Source of the DNA: an uncultured Pseudomonadales bacterium
Lineage (GTDB): Bacteria > Patescibacteriota > Microgenomatia > UBA1400 > PJMF01
Direction of reading: 5' to 3'
Assembly: GCA_964637295.1 (NCBI GenBank)
Contig: CAZWWE010000001.1
Coordinates: 188,312-252,311 of the forward strand
Length of the DNA stretch: 64,000 nt
Shown one piece after another: positions 20,014 through 29,912 of the stretch (the first letter of the stretch is position 1; each line of letters begins with the position of its first letter). Both the position numbers and the translations under genes were made by a program. The notes under the pieces are model-generated. The model saw only the letters and a list, made by a program, of their open reading frames with translations, was not told the DNA's origin and searched no databases.

Positions 20014-22362
20014 TTACAACAACTTCGCTCTTTGATTGATTTCCAATTCCACCAACTCTTTGTCCTTACCATATTTAAGACGAGAAAGTTGTTTGATCAT
20101 TTCAGCTAACTTGGGGTTCATGCGCGCTTCTTGTGCCTTAATATCCTTATAAAGTGACATCGAAAAAGCAGGGACTGGTTCGTTATCAACAATCGTTTTG
20201 ATGTAAGCATGATATTTTTCCACATTGGCCAAATCATTCTCATTAAAAGTTGGCGCAAATTCATGCTGCAAGAAATTAGCATCAGTTACACCCACGCGGA
20301 AAGACACCATCGTACCAACGTTGCCAAAAACAGCGTTTTTGATTTCCTCATCAATTTGACCGATAAACTGGTTGGCCACAATTAAATTGAGACGATATTT
20401 ACGAGCTTCAGACAAAATGGCAGCGAAATCCTCAGTGGCAAAATTTTGAAACTCGTCAACATATAAGAAAAAATCTGGACGTTGATCCATAGGTACATTC
20501 TGACGACTCATGGCGGCAGTTAAAATTTTTGGCACCAAGATCAAGCCTAAAAACTTAGCATCTTCTTCACCCAAAATACCTTTAGACAAATTGCATAAAA
20601 CAATTTTCTTTTCATCCATCGCTTTACGAAAATCAAAAGCACTGGTTGGCTGGCCAATGATATTGCGCATAGTTTTATTGGTCACAAAACGTCCAAACTT
20701 AGACACAATGTAGTCCATCACCTCAGACTTATGGAAATCAGAGGTATTGGCAATCTGATCAGTCCAATAACGCTTGACCATGCCGTCTTTGACCAAAGGC
20801 AAATATTCTTCCACAAACTTCGCATCGGTCAAAATACGCACCATTTCAATAAAAGTACTGCCAGGCTTACACATGATGGTCAACATGGCATTACGAATGG
20901 CGTGCTCAAAACGCGGACCAACAATACCAGTGTGATGGGGATCATAAAGCTTATACATCAAACCAATAATCGAGCTCGCTACAAAATGCATTTGTTCTTC
21001 TGTTTCCGCTTCCATAATATTCATGCCCATGGGTCGCTCTAAATCAGAAGGGTTGAAATAAATCACGTCCTCAGCTCTCTCGGGAGGCATGAGCTGCAGT
21101 ACGTCTTCCACTAAATCACCATGCGGATCAATCACCGCTACTCCATGTCCAGCCTCAATGTCTTGCAAGACCATATCTTTCAAAAATTCAGATTTACCAG
21201 TACCCGTTTTACCAATGATATAAGTGTGACGACGACGATCATTTAGACCCACATAAATATCTCTTTCTTCTCCCCGATAAATCGATTTGCCCATAAATAA
21301 ACCTTCTGTCGGAATTTTATTTGGAGCTGGAGCATTTTTGGCGGTCAAGGTTCGAATATGATGAGTTTCAACAGTTTTATTGGGAAAATGCATGATCGTT
21401 GCCAACTCTTCCGTATTGAGAATGATTGTATTTCTATGAAACATGGGCATGTAACGATAAATAAAATCAACCATAAAAAGGTGTTTAAATAAGAAAAAGG
21501 CAGGCTTTTTAAAGTGATTGTAGGTGGAAGAAAATTGAGAAAAAGCACCCACTATATTATTTAAATTTGACTGAGCCGTAGTAGCGCTGTTTGCTGAAAC
21601 CACCACTCTTATAGAAACTCTAAATCCAGACTTACCCACCTTATTATTGATGGCTTCAATTTCTTTTGGATCGTGAGTGTAATTTGCCTTATCTGGATCA
21701 GCCTCACGTTTTTTTTCTTTTTGATTATGGCTCAAACCTTTGTTTTGCCAGCGATTACCCTCTGGATGCATCAAAATTTGTAAAGTGGCTCCTTCGCCAT
21801 CGCCCATTTTTGACATGGCAGAAGTAATCAGAGACAATCCATCTGTAGGTAAATCTTTGTAAGTTTTAATCGGATAAAAATCAGCTTTATCTAAAACTAC
21901 TGAGGTAAAAGCAACTCGACCTTGCTCATTAAAAATATTTACCTCATCCATTTCGCTGATGGAAGCTGAAGGATAAGCGCCATTAATTTGTTTTTCGACA
22001 AAATCTCGAATTGATTTATGACAGGTTACATAAAAAGCAATGTCTTCTTTCATGCCGACAATTTCAAAACTTAGAGTGTCTTCTGGTTTCAGAAAAGATA
22101 GTAAGCCATCTTTTTTAAGCGAATAAAGACCGGCGAACATTTGCTCGGCAGCATCAATTTTAATTTCATTATTTTTGGGCAATTTTACTAATAAAGTTAC
22201 AAAATTAAGTACGTAGTTTTCACGGCGCTGATTTTTAATTAGAGAAGCAATTAAAAAAATCATCAAAACCAATAAAACTAAGAGGCTAATAAAAACAAAA
22301 GCAGTAATAAAAAAACTATTTAATTGAGCTAATAAGTTTTGAGTTTGCTCATTCATGATCAA
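20014..22362 (-). CDS. Membrane-anchored P-loop NTPase of the VirD4/TraG (T4SS coupling protein) or FtsK-HerA superfamily
   Basis: 782 aa with an N-terminal TM. Walker A is YIIGKTGTGKSEF, followed by VAVIDPHGDL, and Walker B is FFLYVDEFQNF. Confidence 0.5.
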   Translation of the reverse strand: MIMNEQTQNLLAQLNSFFITAFVFISLLVLLVLMIFLIASLIKNQRRENYVLNFVTLLVKLPKNNEIKIDAAEQMFAGLYSLKKDGLLSFLKPEDTLSFEIVGMKEDIAFYVTCHKSIRDFVEKQINGAYPSASISEMDEVNIFNEQGRVAFTSVVLDKADFYPIKTYKDLPTDGLSLITSAMSKMGDGEGATLQILMHPEGNRWQNKGLSHNQKEKKREADPDKANYTHDPKEIEAINNKVGKSGFRVSIRVVVSANSATTAQSNLNNIVGAFSQFSSTYNHFKKPAFFLFKHLFMVDFIYRYMPMFHRNTIILNTEELATIMHFPNKTVETHHIRTLTAKNAPAPNKIPTEGLFMGKSIYRGEERDIYVGLNDRRRHTYIIGKTGTGKSEFLKDMVLQDIEAGHGVAVIDPHGDLVEDVLQLMPPERAEDVIYFNPSDLERPMGMNIMEAETEEQMHFVASSIIGLMYKLYDPHHTGIVGPRFEHAIRNAMLTIMCKPGSTFIEMVRILTDAKFVEEYLPLVKDGMVKRYWTDQIANTSDFHKSEVMDYIVSKFGRFVTNKTMRNIIGQPTSAFDFRKAMDEKKIVLCNLSKGILGEEDAKFLGLILVPKILTAAMSRQNVPMDQRPDFFLYVDEFQNFATEDFAAILSEARKYRLNLIVANQFIGQIDEEIKNAVFGNVGTMVSFRVGVTDANFLQHEFAPTFNENDLANVEKYHAYIKTIVDNEPVPAFSMSLYKDIKAQEARMNPKLAEMIKQLSRLKYGKDKELVELEINQRAKLL

Positions 22363-22972
22363 TTTCTTCTTTATAAACTACGGCTCCGGCAAACATTTTG
22401 GTGATTTTTTGACACCACTCAATCAGCCAGCGCACACTATATTTCGTACTTTTAAACTTTGCTTCTTCTTTGCTTTTGACAGTAATTGGCAACACCACCA
22501 CCGGTTGATTAGAAATAGCCACTGGAGTAACTGCTTCAGCTGCCAATTGATCAAGCGCTTGTTGTTTTTCTTTAATCAAAGCTTGCTCGCGTTGTTCTTG
22601 AGTTTCTTTAGAAATTTCTTGGATTTCTTTGCTTAAATCTGCCAACTCAGGATTAGCAGCAAACTCTCTTGACACAACATCTTGCTCAACTAATTCTGCA
22701 GTGGGCGTTTGTCCCAATAACTCTTTATTTCGACCTGCTCCAACCGAATTTTGCCCAGTTTGATCACTCGCCTCATCCAGTAAACGTTTGGCAAGGCTTT
22801 GCTCAACTAAGCTCTCAAATAAAGCCAAATCTTTTTCATCAGGCAAAGCAGCAGGATCAGGCTTCGTCATCTGCTGCTTAATTAAAACAGGCAAATACTT
22901 CACCAAAGTGGGATATTTTACCTGATTAGAACTAGAAAAAATCCTTTTTAGGGACTGGCTACTTGACACCAT
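22349..22972 (-). CDS. Hypothetical protein
   Basis: 207-aa ORF whose end overlaps the downstream ATPase gene by 14 nt. I found no recognisable motif. Confidence 0.4.
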   Translation of the reverse strand: MVSSSQSLKRIFSSSNQVKYPTLVKYLPVLIKQQMTKPDPAALPDEKDLALFESLVEQSLAKRLLDEASDQTGQNSVGAGRNKELLGQTPTAELVEQDVVSREFAANPELADLSKEIQEISKETQEQREQALIKEKQQALDQLAAEAVTPVAISNQPVVVLPITVKSKEEAKFKSTKYSVRWLIEWCQKITKMFAGAVVYKEEIDHE

Positions 22973-22991
22973 GCTCTATCATAGCGTTTTT

Positions 22992-23498
22992 TTAGTTGAA
23001 CCGAAAGAAGAGTTTTGTTTGTAAATCAAGCTCAGTCAATTTGCCAGGTAAAGTTTCGAGTACTAAATTACTGGGCGAGGGTGAATGATAAATTATTTGT
23101 GGTTCTTGCGCAGTGGCTTGTTTTTGACAAGCTAAAAATTGATTGTCCTTCAGCCAACAAATGTCTAAGTCAAACAACATATCTTTCATCCAAAAACTTT
23201 GTCGCTGTTTATTAGCAAAAACAAACAACATGCCGTCAATGGCTCGTCCAGCTTGATCAAGCATAGACTTACGAGCTGACAAGCCCTGCATTTTGCTAGC
23301 TGGCATTTTTACAACTTCTACTCTAAGTTGTTTTTTGCTTGGTGAAAAAAAATGAGTTTTTAAGTGCAAAGTAATGATTTGATGATCTTTGACCAAAAAG
23401 AGCATTCCACCAGCCTGATAAAAGTAAGACCAACAGAAAACCAAACAAACTAAGCTAATAAACAACATTCCTATTTTAAACTGAGGCGCGAATTTCAT
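22992..23498 (-). CDS. DUF192 (COG1430) family protein
   Basis: 168 aa with an N-terminal TM. The conserved DUF192 segment LDICWLKDN is present. Confidence 0.5.
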   Translation of the reverse strand: MKFAPQFKIGMLFISLVCLVFCWSYFYQAGGMLFLVKDHQIITLHLKTHFFSPSKKQLRVEVVKMPASKMQGLSARKSMLDQAGRAIDGMLFVFANKQRQSFWMKDMLFDLDICWLKDNQFLACQKQATAQEPQIIYHSPSPSNLVLETLPGKLTELDLQTKLFFRFN

Positions 23499-23499
23499 C

Positions 23500-24006
23500 T
23501 TAAAAAATGACGATTAATAATAAAATGAATAAATAAATTGAAGCGCCATAAACTACAAGCTGACTATTTTGTTTTTGAGCTAATTGTGGCAGATGCTGAA
23601 AAAAACGTTGTTGTAAAAGCTCTGGTTGATTTTTAAGCTGCCACATTTCGATTAACAAATAGCAATTAATCGCTAGAATAAAAGCAATTCCCCACAAACT
23701 TCCTGAAGAAGTTAAAACAAATAAACTTAAAAAAGGCAATAATAAAAGAAATAAAAAATTGCGACTAGCTAAGCTTGAAAAGTGCGAGCTATTTTGCAAG
23801 TTTAGATCAATCTTTTCTTCGTAAAATCTATACAAAAATTGTTCATCAGCGTACAGTAAAGTAATCCCACAAAGATAGGCAAAAACAAACATAAAAAGAC
23901 TACTTAAATTTTGCCAAGCTTGAAAAAAAAGAATTAAAAAAAAGAGCAGGCTCAAAGAAGCTAACACTTTAAAAATAATTTGTTTGGTTGAAAATACAGT
24001 TTTCAT
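23500..24006 (-). CDS. Polytopic membrane protein, hypothetical
   Basis: 168 aa with 4-5 hydrophobic helices. Confidence 0.4.
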   Translation of the reverse strand: MKTVFSTKQIIFKVLASLSLLFFLILFFQAWQNLSSLFMFVFAYLCGITLLYADEQFLYRFYEEKIDLNLQNSSHFSSLASRNFLFLLLLPFLSLFVLTSSGSLWGIAFILAINCYLLIEMWQLKNQPELLQQRFFQHLPQLAQKQNSQLVVYGASIYLFILLLIVIF

Positions 24007-25205
24007 TTTTTAATTTTTAAAATCTTTGCTAAAGCCCGATCAACTTGGCGACGGAAATTTTCGGAATCTTCATATTGATTAGTTAAGGCAAGGGTAATTT
24101 CTTCTAAACTTGTCGGGCTTACACCTTTGCCAAAAACCAAAACGTCGTTGCCGGCCAAAATTGCTTCACTGGCTACTTGAGTCAAATTTTTTTCTGGCAA
24201 ATCTTTGCCCTGTGCCTTAGCCGCTTTCATATTAAGATCGTCGGTAAAAAGCAAAACTTGCTGATAAGAATTAGTAAACTCTTGCAAGCATTCTGCGCTC
24301 AAGCTACAAATTTGGCCAGCCAATTTGTTTTCGAGACGCACATGAGCCGTCATGACTCCAATATTAGGAAATTTATTTAACAACTTGCTCCAAATAGCCG
24401 TATCATTTGGTCGCAGCGCAAGTGTAGTAACAGTTTGATGAGGATCCTGGCGAATGGCGCCTATACCCGGAAAATGCTTGATGACCGACATAATCCCATA
24501 CTGGGAAAAGCTCAAAATATAATTACTGGCACTAGCAAAAACTTGTTCAGGATCAGCCGCGGCGCGAGTTTTTAAAACAGCACTCTGAGAAGCCAAATCG
24601 ACGACTGGAGCAAAAACCACATTGATGCCTACAGCTGTCAACTCGCGGGCCGATTGATTAAAAACTGCTTTCTGTTGAGCGCTGGAATAAGTCGTCACGA
24701 TTTTTTGCCAAGGCTCTAATTTGCTGAAGCCTTCGCCATTTAAGCGTTGTACCAAGCCACCTTCGTGATCAACTGCCAACAAGGGCAAATAATCTGTATC
24801 TGTAAAATAACTATACAATCGATCTTTGGCTAAAAGCGCCGTGGCACTAGCGATGTTTTCACCAAAATATAAAACAAAACCTGGTTGATAATCTTCAATG
24901 AAGCGCAACATGCGCGCGCTACTAGAACTATCCTTTTCAAATTCATTTAAATCAAAAGGAACAGCCAATAATTGAGTAATTTTATCTTTTGAACGAAGAG
25001 TTTTTTTCGCCACTTGGGTTGGAGTTGGAGTTAGACTAGGTTGATCAAGAGCGGAAGTGGAATCTGAACTGCTAGAAAAAAATGGTTTTTTAAAATAATT
25101 GTAAGCCGAAAGCGCAGTTAATAATAACAAAATAAAAATCAGTAGTTTGGTAGTCCAATATTTCATGGTTTCGTCAACTCTTTTTTGAGTTGTTGTAATT
25201 TCCAC
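24003..25205 (-). CDS. Glycoside hydrolase family 3 beta-N-acetylhexosaminidase (NagZ-like) with an N-terminal TM
   Basis: 400 aa carrying the GH3 motif LAVDHEGGLVQRL and the KHFPGIG segment. Confidence 0.7.
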   Translation of the reverse strand: MEITTTQKRVDETMKYWTTKLLIFILLLLTALSAYNYFKKPFFSSSSDSTSALDQPSLTPTPTQVAKKTLRSKDKITQLLAVPFDLNEFEKDSSSSARMLRFIEDYQPGFVLYFGENIASATALLAKDRLYSYFTDTDYLPLLAVDHEGGLVQRLNGEGFSKLEPWQKIVTTYSSAQQKAVFNQSARELTAVGINVVFAPVVDLASQSAVLKTRAAADPEQVFASASNYILSFSQYGIMSVIKHFPGIGAIRQDPHQTVTTLALRPNDTAIWSKLLNKFPNIGVMTAHVRLENKLAGQICSLSAECLQEFTNSYQQVLLFTDDLNMKAAKAQGKDLPEKNLTQVASEAILAGNDVLVFGKGVSPTSLEEITLALTNQYEDSENFRRQVDRALAKILKIKK

Positions 25206-25561
25206 ATAAAAAGCTTAGCTTTATTATCTACTTTTGCATCACTCACAAAACTCAAAGCTCTTTCTAATGTGCTACGCGACATTGTTTTCGCTAATTTAAT
25301 ATACAACGAGGTGTGCCGCTTGTCTGCCAAAGTTTCTGCTAAATAACAACCAAAACTCTGAAATTCATGAGCAATGTGCTTATTGGTTTCTAAAGACTGA
25401 TATTTTTCTACATTCAGTAAATCGCTGGCCAAAGTAAAATGATGAGCTGCAGAAGTTTTAGCGGTTGCAGATTGAGTTTTGACAGACTTAGTCTCAGTTT
25501 CAAAAGTAAATAAAGAATCGCCAAATAATGAAACAGGCGCAGCTTTTTTAAGTTTGGACAT
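25163..25561 (-). CDS. Hypothetical protein
   Basis: 132-aa ORF with no recognisable motif. Confidence 0.35.
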   Translation of the reverse strand: MSKLKKAAPVSLFGDSLFTFETETKSVKTQSATAKTSAAHHFTLASDLLNVEKYQSLETNKHIAHEFQSFGCYLAETLADKRHTSLYIKLAKTMSRSTLERALSFVSDAKVDNKAKLFMWKLQQLKKELTKP

Positions 25562-26224
25562 CTAAGCCAAATTATAACCTAAACTCTGGAGAATTTTTTT
25601 GTTCTTGGCAATTATCGCTGGTGGCAAATCGCCAGTTTCTTCAAGTGTAAAAGACAAAGGCCTCTTGGCTAATTTTTGGTAAAACTCTACTTGCGTGGCC
25701 AAAGTTTGACGAGCCAAAGTTAAATCGCTAAAAGCCAACCAATCGGCAGAGATAAGGTATTGTCCCAAATTGTAAGTGGTCTCTCCACCGGCAATGGTAA
25801 AGCAAATTTTGTTCGCAATGTGCACATTGCGAGGACGAACCATGTGCCCCTTAATTTCGTGGGCTAGTTCTAAGGGATCAGCAAAAGGCAAAAGTCCAGC
25901 ATATAGTAAGTCATTTTGATCAGCTAAAACTTGCAAATGCTGTTGCATGCTGGCATTCGCCTCATCAAAATCATTTAAACTAAAAATTTCTTTGACATAA
26001 GCATTTTCTTCATTGGCTGCTAAACGTAAGCGACGATCATCCGCCGGGCATTGTGCAAGCATTTGACGTACTGCCACTAAAATTTGTGGAAAATTAGCCA
26101 TTTTTAGACCAGCACCTAGAAAAGCCAAGCGTTTACCAAAATTAATCTGGACTCCTTCATCGCCACAAGCAATAACCCAAGGCATAGCTGGGGAGATTTG
26201 TTCTTGATTTTTTGAGTCTGACAT
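25562..26224 (-). CDS. Hypothetical protein
   Basis: 220-aa ORF directly abutting the previous ORF. Confidence 0.4.
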   Translation of the reverse strand: MSDSKNQEQISPAMPWVIACGDEGVQINFGKRLAFLGAGLKMANFPQILVAVRQMLAQCPADDRRLRLAANEENAYVKEIFSLNDFDEANASMQQHLQVLADQNDLLYAGLLPFADPLELAHEIKGHMVRPRNVHIANKICFTIAGGETTYNLGQYLISADWLAFSDLTLARQTLATQVEFYQKLAKRPLSFTLEETGDLPPAIIAKNKKILQSLGYNLA

Positions 26225-26278
26225 TAAACTACCTTTTTAATAGAGCAGGAAATACCAAGAGTCAAAATGAAGCAAAAA

Positions 26279-26452
26279 TTAGCTTTGTTCGCGAGCATTA
26301 GTCATGCCCTGTACAACCGCTAAATATTGTTTCATTTCTTGTTCAACTTGTTGCCAATTACCATTAGCTTCACGAATTGCATTGAATAGCAAATCCATGT
26401 CAATTAGTAATTGGTCATCAGTAACAATCATTCTTTGTTTTGCCATGAGCCT
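26279..26452 (-). CDS. Small hypothetical protein, 57 aa
   Basis: ATG..TAA ORF read by eye (MAKQRMIVTDDQLLIDMDLLFNAIREANGNWQQVEQEMKQYLAVVQGMTNAREQS). It falls below the 60-aa cutoff of the supplied track. Confidence 0.25.
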   Translation of the reverse strand, partial: RLMAKQRMIVTDDQLLIDMDLLFNAIREANGNWQQVEQEMKQYLAVVQGMTNAREQS

Positions 26453-26586
26453 ATTATAGCACTTTTAACAAATTTTTCAGGAGGAAAAAGTAGTTTGAAG
26501 CCTGGTATTTTAGAAAATTTCATCTAAAATAAAAGAACTTTAGATCTAAAATTACTAACTATAATTAGCAGCTACAGAGATATTAT

Positions 26587-27252
26587 ATGTTTAAGCAAAG
26601 CAGATTAGTTGATTTCAGTTTAAGCTTGGTCGGCTTAGTGTTACTGCTCCCTATTGCTTTGTTGTCCTATCCATTATTAGTATTTTTGCTTGATAGACCC
26701 ATCATCTTTAAACAAAAGCGTCTTGGTCAAAAAGGCAAAGTTTTTGCTTTATATAAGCTAAGAAGCATGCAGCCAAATGCGGAAAAAATCCAAAAAAAAT
26801 ATTTAGCACAAAACGAAGCTCCTTGGCCAATGTTCAAAATTACCGATGATCCCCGTTTTCTCAAAAAAACTATTAATTTCTTTGGCCAAAAAAAGGCAGA
26901 GCTAGCGATCGGCAAATTTTTATCTAAATCAGGTATTGATGAATTACCCCAACTAATCAACATTTTGCGGGGTGAAATGAGTTTAATCGGCCCCAGACCT
27001 TTGCCTATCAAAGAAGCTAACTTATTAAAAACCATTGACGCTGATTGGTACGAGTGGCGACATCGAGTTAAGCCGGGTGTTTTTTCATTTTGGGCGTTGG
27101 ACAAAAAACATAATCAATCTTTGACTTATTGGAAAAAATTAGAAAAAAAAACGCTCAGGATTAATTCTTTACAAAAAATTAAAATCGTCTGGCAAATTAT
27201 CATGCAACAATTTCAGCTAATTCTTCGGCAAATTAAGTTGAAAAATAACTAA
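26587..27252 (+). CDS. Small phosphoglycosyl transferase (bacterial sugar transferase family, WbaP/WcaJ catalytic-domain type)
   Basis: 221 aa with one N-terminal TM. The motifs KLRSM, DELPQL and MSLIGPRPLP are conserved. Confidence 0.8.
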   Translation: MFKQSRLVDFSLSLVGLVLLLPIALLSYPLLVFLLDRPIIFKQKRLGQKGKVFALYKLRSMQPNAEKIQKKYLAQNEAPWPMFKITDDPRFLKKTINFFGQKKAELAIGKFLSKSGIDELPQLINILRGEMSLIGPRPLPIKEANLLKTIDADWYEWRHRVKPGVFSFWALDKKHNQSLTYWKKLEKKTLRINSLQKIKIVWQIIMQQFQLILRQIKLKNN

Positions 27253-27268
27253 AGTTGAAAAAACAGAT

Positions 27269-28567
27269 ATGGTAAATGTGGAAAGTAAAATTACTGAGGA
27301 AGAGACAAATCATCACCCAAGAGTGTTTATCGAATCTGCAATTAAGCCAAAGCGAACAGCAGAAAACCTCAGTCAACCCTATTCTGATTCTGATTTTGCT
27401 TTTGTTGTACATCGACCAGGAGTTTACAGATTGTTTAAGTGGCTAAAAACACAATTTTTAGCACAAGGAGCAGGGGTTCATTTTATTTGCCCAGCCGTTT
27501 TGCCTTTTCCCATCGAAACAAATGGGATGCAAACAGAAAAAGAAATTGGCAAACTTGACTATTTATTTGTAACAGATCTAACTGATTTTCCTCTAGAAAT
27601 AATTACTTTAGCCAAACAAAATAATCCCCATGTCAAAATTATTTTTATCGAACAAACAGAAAACAGCGCTCTACGATCAGTTCCAACCATGATTAGTCAC
27701 GGAATTAGTCCACGACTCATTTTGACCGTCACTCAAGAAGCGGCGCAAAAAGTGCAAACCCAGCTGCCAACTGATTATTCAGCCTTGGTAAAAGCAATTG
27801 GTAACCCTGAAATTTATGGCTCATCTTTAGACCCTAAAAAAATCAGACGCGAAGTGAGAGAAAAATTAACAATTGAAAACAGCACGAAACTGATCACTTA
27901 TATCGGCCGACCAGATGGAGCTAATTTTGATACGGAAATCATTGATCCAAAAAAACCCAATGATAGCTTAGCTTTGCAATCAGCGTTGCTGGCTTTGATA
28001 GACATTGCCAAACAGCAACCCGAGCAAGTATTTAAATTGATTTATTTGCCTCACCCAGCCGATCCTTTATCAGTAAGTCTCTGGATAAAAATCTTGCAAA
28101 GCTCCAATGGCCATTTGCCAAACAATTTGCAGTTAAGTTATGATCCTCGCCGCAGTGACCACGATTGCAATAATCATGGTCAAAAAAGAGAAAATATTTT
28201 ACAAATTGATACCAATCATTTAGCTTTGGCCAGCGATTTAGTACTCACCATTCGTTCAACGGTTGGACAGACTATGGCTTTGCTTGGGGCCTTGCGTGAC
28301 CCACAAACACCCATTCCTTTGACTCTGCATTTGCTTTTAGATAAATTCATGGAAAATATTGAAACCAGTGCTAAGCCAGATCAACTTTTAATTCTACGTT
28401 TAGGAGCAGCCCCTTTTGCCCAAAATGATAGAGATTTGGGTACGCTAATAAGACGAGCTCTCTTTGATCAAGAATTCATCACAAAATTCCGTCAACAACA
28501 AGCTCAACACTTACCAAATGAATTTTTTCATCAGCAAACAGCAGAAACAATAGGCCACTATTTGTAA
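27269..28567 (+). CDS. Hypothetical protein, possibly a GT-B-like polysaccharide biosynthesis enzyme
   Basis: 432 aa immediately downstream of the phosphoglycosyl transferase. I found no firm motif. Confidence 0.4.
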   Translation: MVNVESKITEEETNHHPRVFIESAIKPKRTAENLSQPYSDSDFAFVVHRPGVYRLFKWLKTQFLAQGAGVHFICPAVLPFPIETNGMQTEKEIGKLDYLFVTDLTDFPLEIITLAKQNNPHVKIIFIEQTENSALRSVPTMISHGISPRLILTVTQEAAQKVQTQLPTDYSALVKAIGNPEIYGSSLDPKKIRREVREKLTIENSTKLITYIGRPDGANFDTEIIDPKKPNDSLALQSALLALIDIAKQQPEQVFKLIYLPHPADPLSVSLWIKILQSSNGHLPNNLQLSYDPRRSDHDCNNHGQKRENILQIDTNHLALASDLVLTIRSTVGQTMALLGALRDPQTPIPLTLHLLLDKFMENIETSAKPDQLLILRLGAAPFAQNDRDLGTLIRRALFDQEFITKFRQQQAQHLPNEFFHQQTAETIGHYL

Positions 28568-29670
28568 GCAATTGGCGTTGAGGTGTCGACAATGGACAAA
28601 CTCATGCGACGCTGTTCTGGAACGACATTTTCTACGTTAACAGTGACTTTCTCGCCCACTTTAAGATCCAGGCCTTCTAGCTTGGAAGCATGGATTAGCG
28701 CATCAACCCCTTTTTCAACATTGATGAAAGCACCAAAAGCTTCGACTCTAGTAACTTCGCCCGTAAAGGTCGTGCCTACTCCATAGCGTTCTTCAATGCT
28801 TTCCCAAGGATCAGCTTCCAATTGTTTAATCGAAAGATTGAGTTTGTTGGTTTTTTCATCAATTCCTAAAACCTTAACTTTGATGCGATCGCCAACTTTG
28901 TGATAATCCTTAGGATGATTAACTTTTTCCCAAGAAATTTCTGAGATGTGAATTAAACCTTCCACATAACCAATGCTATCTTTATCTTCTGCATCTTTAA
29001 CCGGCACTTCTACGGTAACAAATAAACCAAAGTGCATCACTCCAGAAACTACTCCATCATAAATTTCTCCTTCTTTAACACTAGAAATGGCCAAGTCTTT
29101 TTGGGCCAATTCTTTGGCTTCGCTGACATGTCTTTCTGAGAAAATTAAGCGATTTTTTTCACGATCCACTTCAATGGCTTTAACTGGAAAAGTCACTCCT
29201 TTGAGGTTTTGAATTTTACCCATGTATTTGCGACTAAATTGACTAGATGGCACAAAAGCACGCACACCATTAACCAAAACAATTAAACCGCCGCGATTCA
29301 TTTCAATACCTTTGGCTTCTAACTCTTGATCCTTCTCCATAGCTTCTTCAAAATATTCCCATTTGGCATCTGAGGCAGCTCCTTTGAGAGACAAGGTCAC
29401 TTGACCTTTGTCGTTATCGGTGGAAATAACAATGGCCTTAACTTCATCGCCTTTTTTGAGTTCTTTGACAAAATCAACTGCAAATTCAAATTCTTTATCA
29501 GCCACGATGCCTTCAGTTTTGGCACCTAAATCAATAATCAAACTTTTTTTAGTTTTTTCAACAATCACTCCAGAAACCGTGGCGCCTTTTTTGGGAATTA
29601 CCATTTTATCTGCGTTAGCAGCTAAAAGCTCCTCCATGGTTTGTAATTTTTTGACCGCTTTGTCAGTCAT
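28558..29670 (-). CDS. rpsA: 30S ribosomal protein S1
   Basis: The ORF runs 28558..29748. The likely start is MTDKAVKKL at 29670. It has four S1 domains, including GQVTLSLKG and GFGAFINVEKG. Confidence 0.85.
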   Translation of the reverse strand: MTDKAVKKLQTMEELLAANADKMVIPKKGATVSGVIVEKTKKSLIIDLGAKTEGIVADKEFEFAVDFVKELKKGDEVKAIVISTDNDKGQVTLSLKGAASDAKWEYFEEAMEKDQELEAKGIEMNRGGLIVLVNGVRAFVPSSQFSRKYMGKIQNLKGVTFPVKAIEVDREKNRLIFSERHVSEAKELAQKDLAISSVKEGEIYDGVVSGVMHFGLFVTVEVPVKDAEDKDSIGYVEGLIHISEISWEKVNHPKDYHKVGDRIKVKVLGIDEKTNKLNLSIKQLEADPWESIEERYGVGTTFTGEVTRVEAFGAFINVEKGVDALIHASKLEGLDLKVGEKVTVNVENVVPEQRRMSLSIVDTSTPIAYK

Positions 29671-29912
29671 AGTAAAAATATTTCCTTTCCTTTTGGATTG
29701 GGAGATTGTATCATAAAGATTAGAGCTTTGCACTTTAATTTTAGTCACGTTCCACTAAAAATTTAGCTATTTTTAGTAAAGACTCTTTTTTTTCACTCAA
29801 TTGAGAAAGCTGTCTCAAAGCTTCATCTTGAATTAAATAATTAAGCAGCTTTCTCAAATGAACTAAAATCAAAGTACAAAGCTGAAAAATTATTAGTTGC
29901 ACTAAAAAAAAT

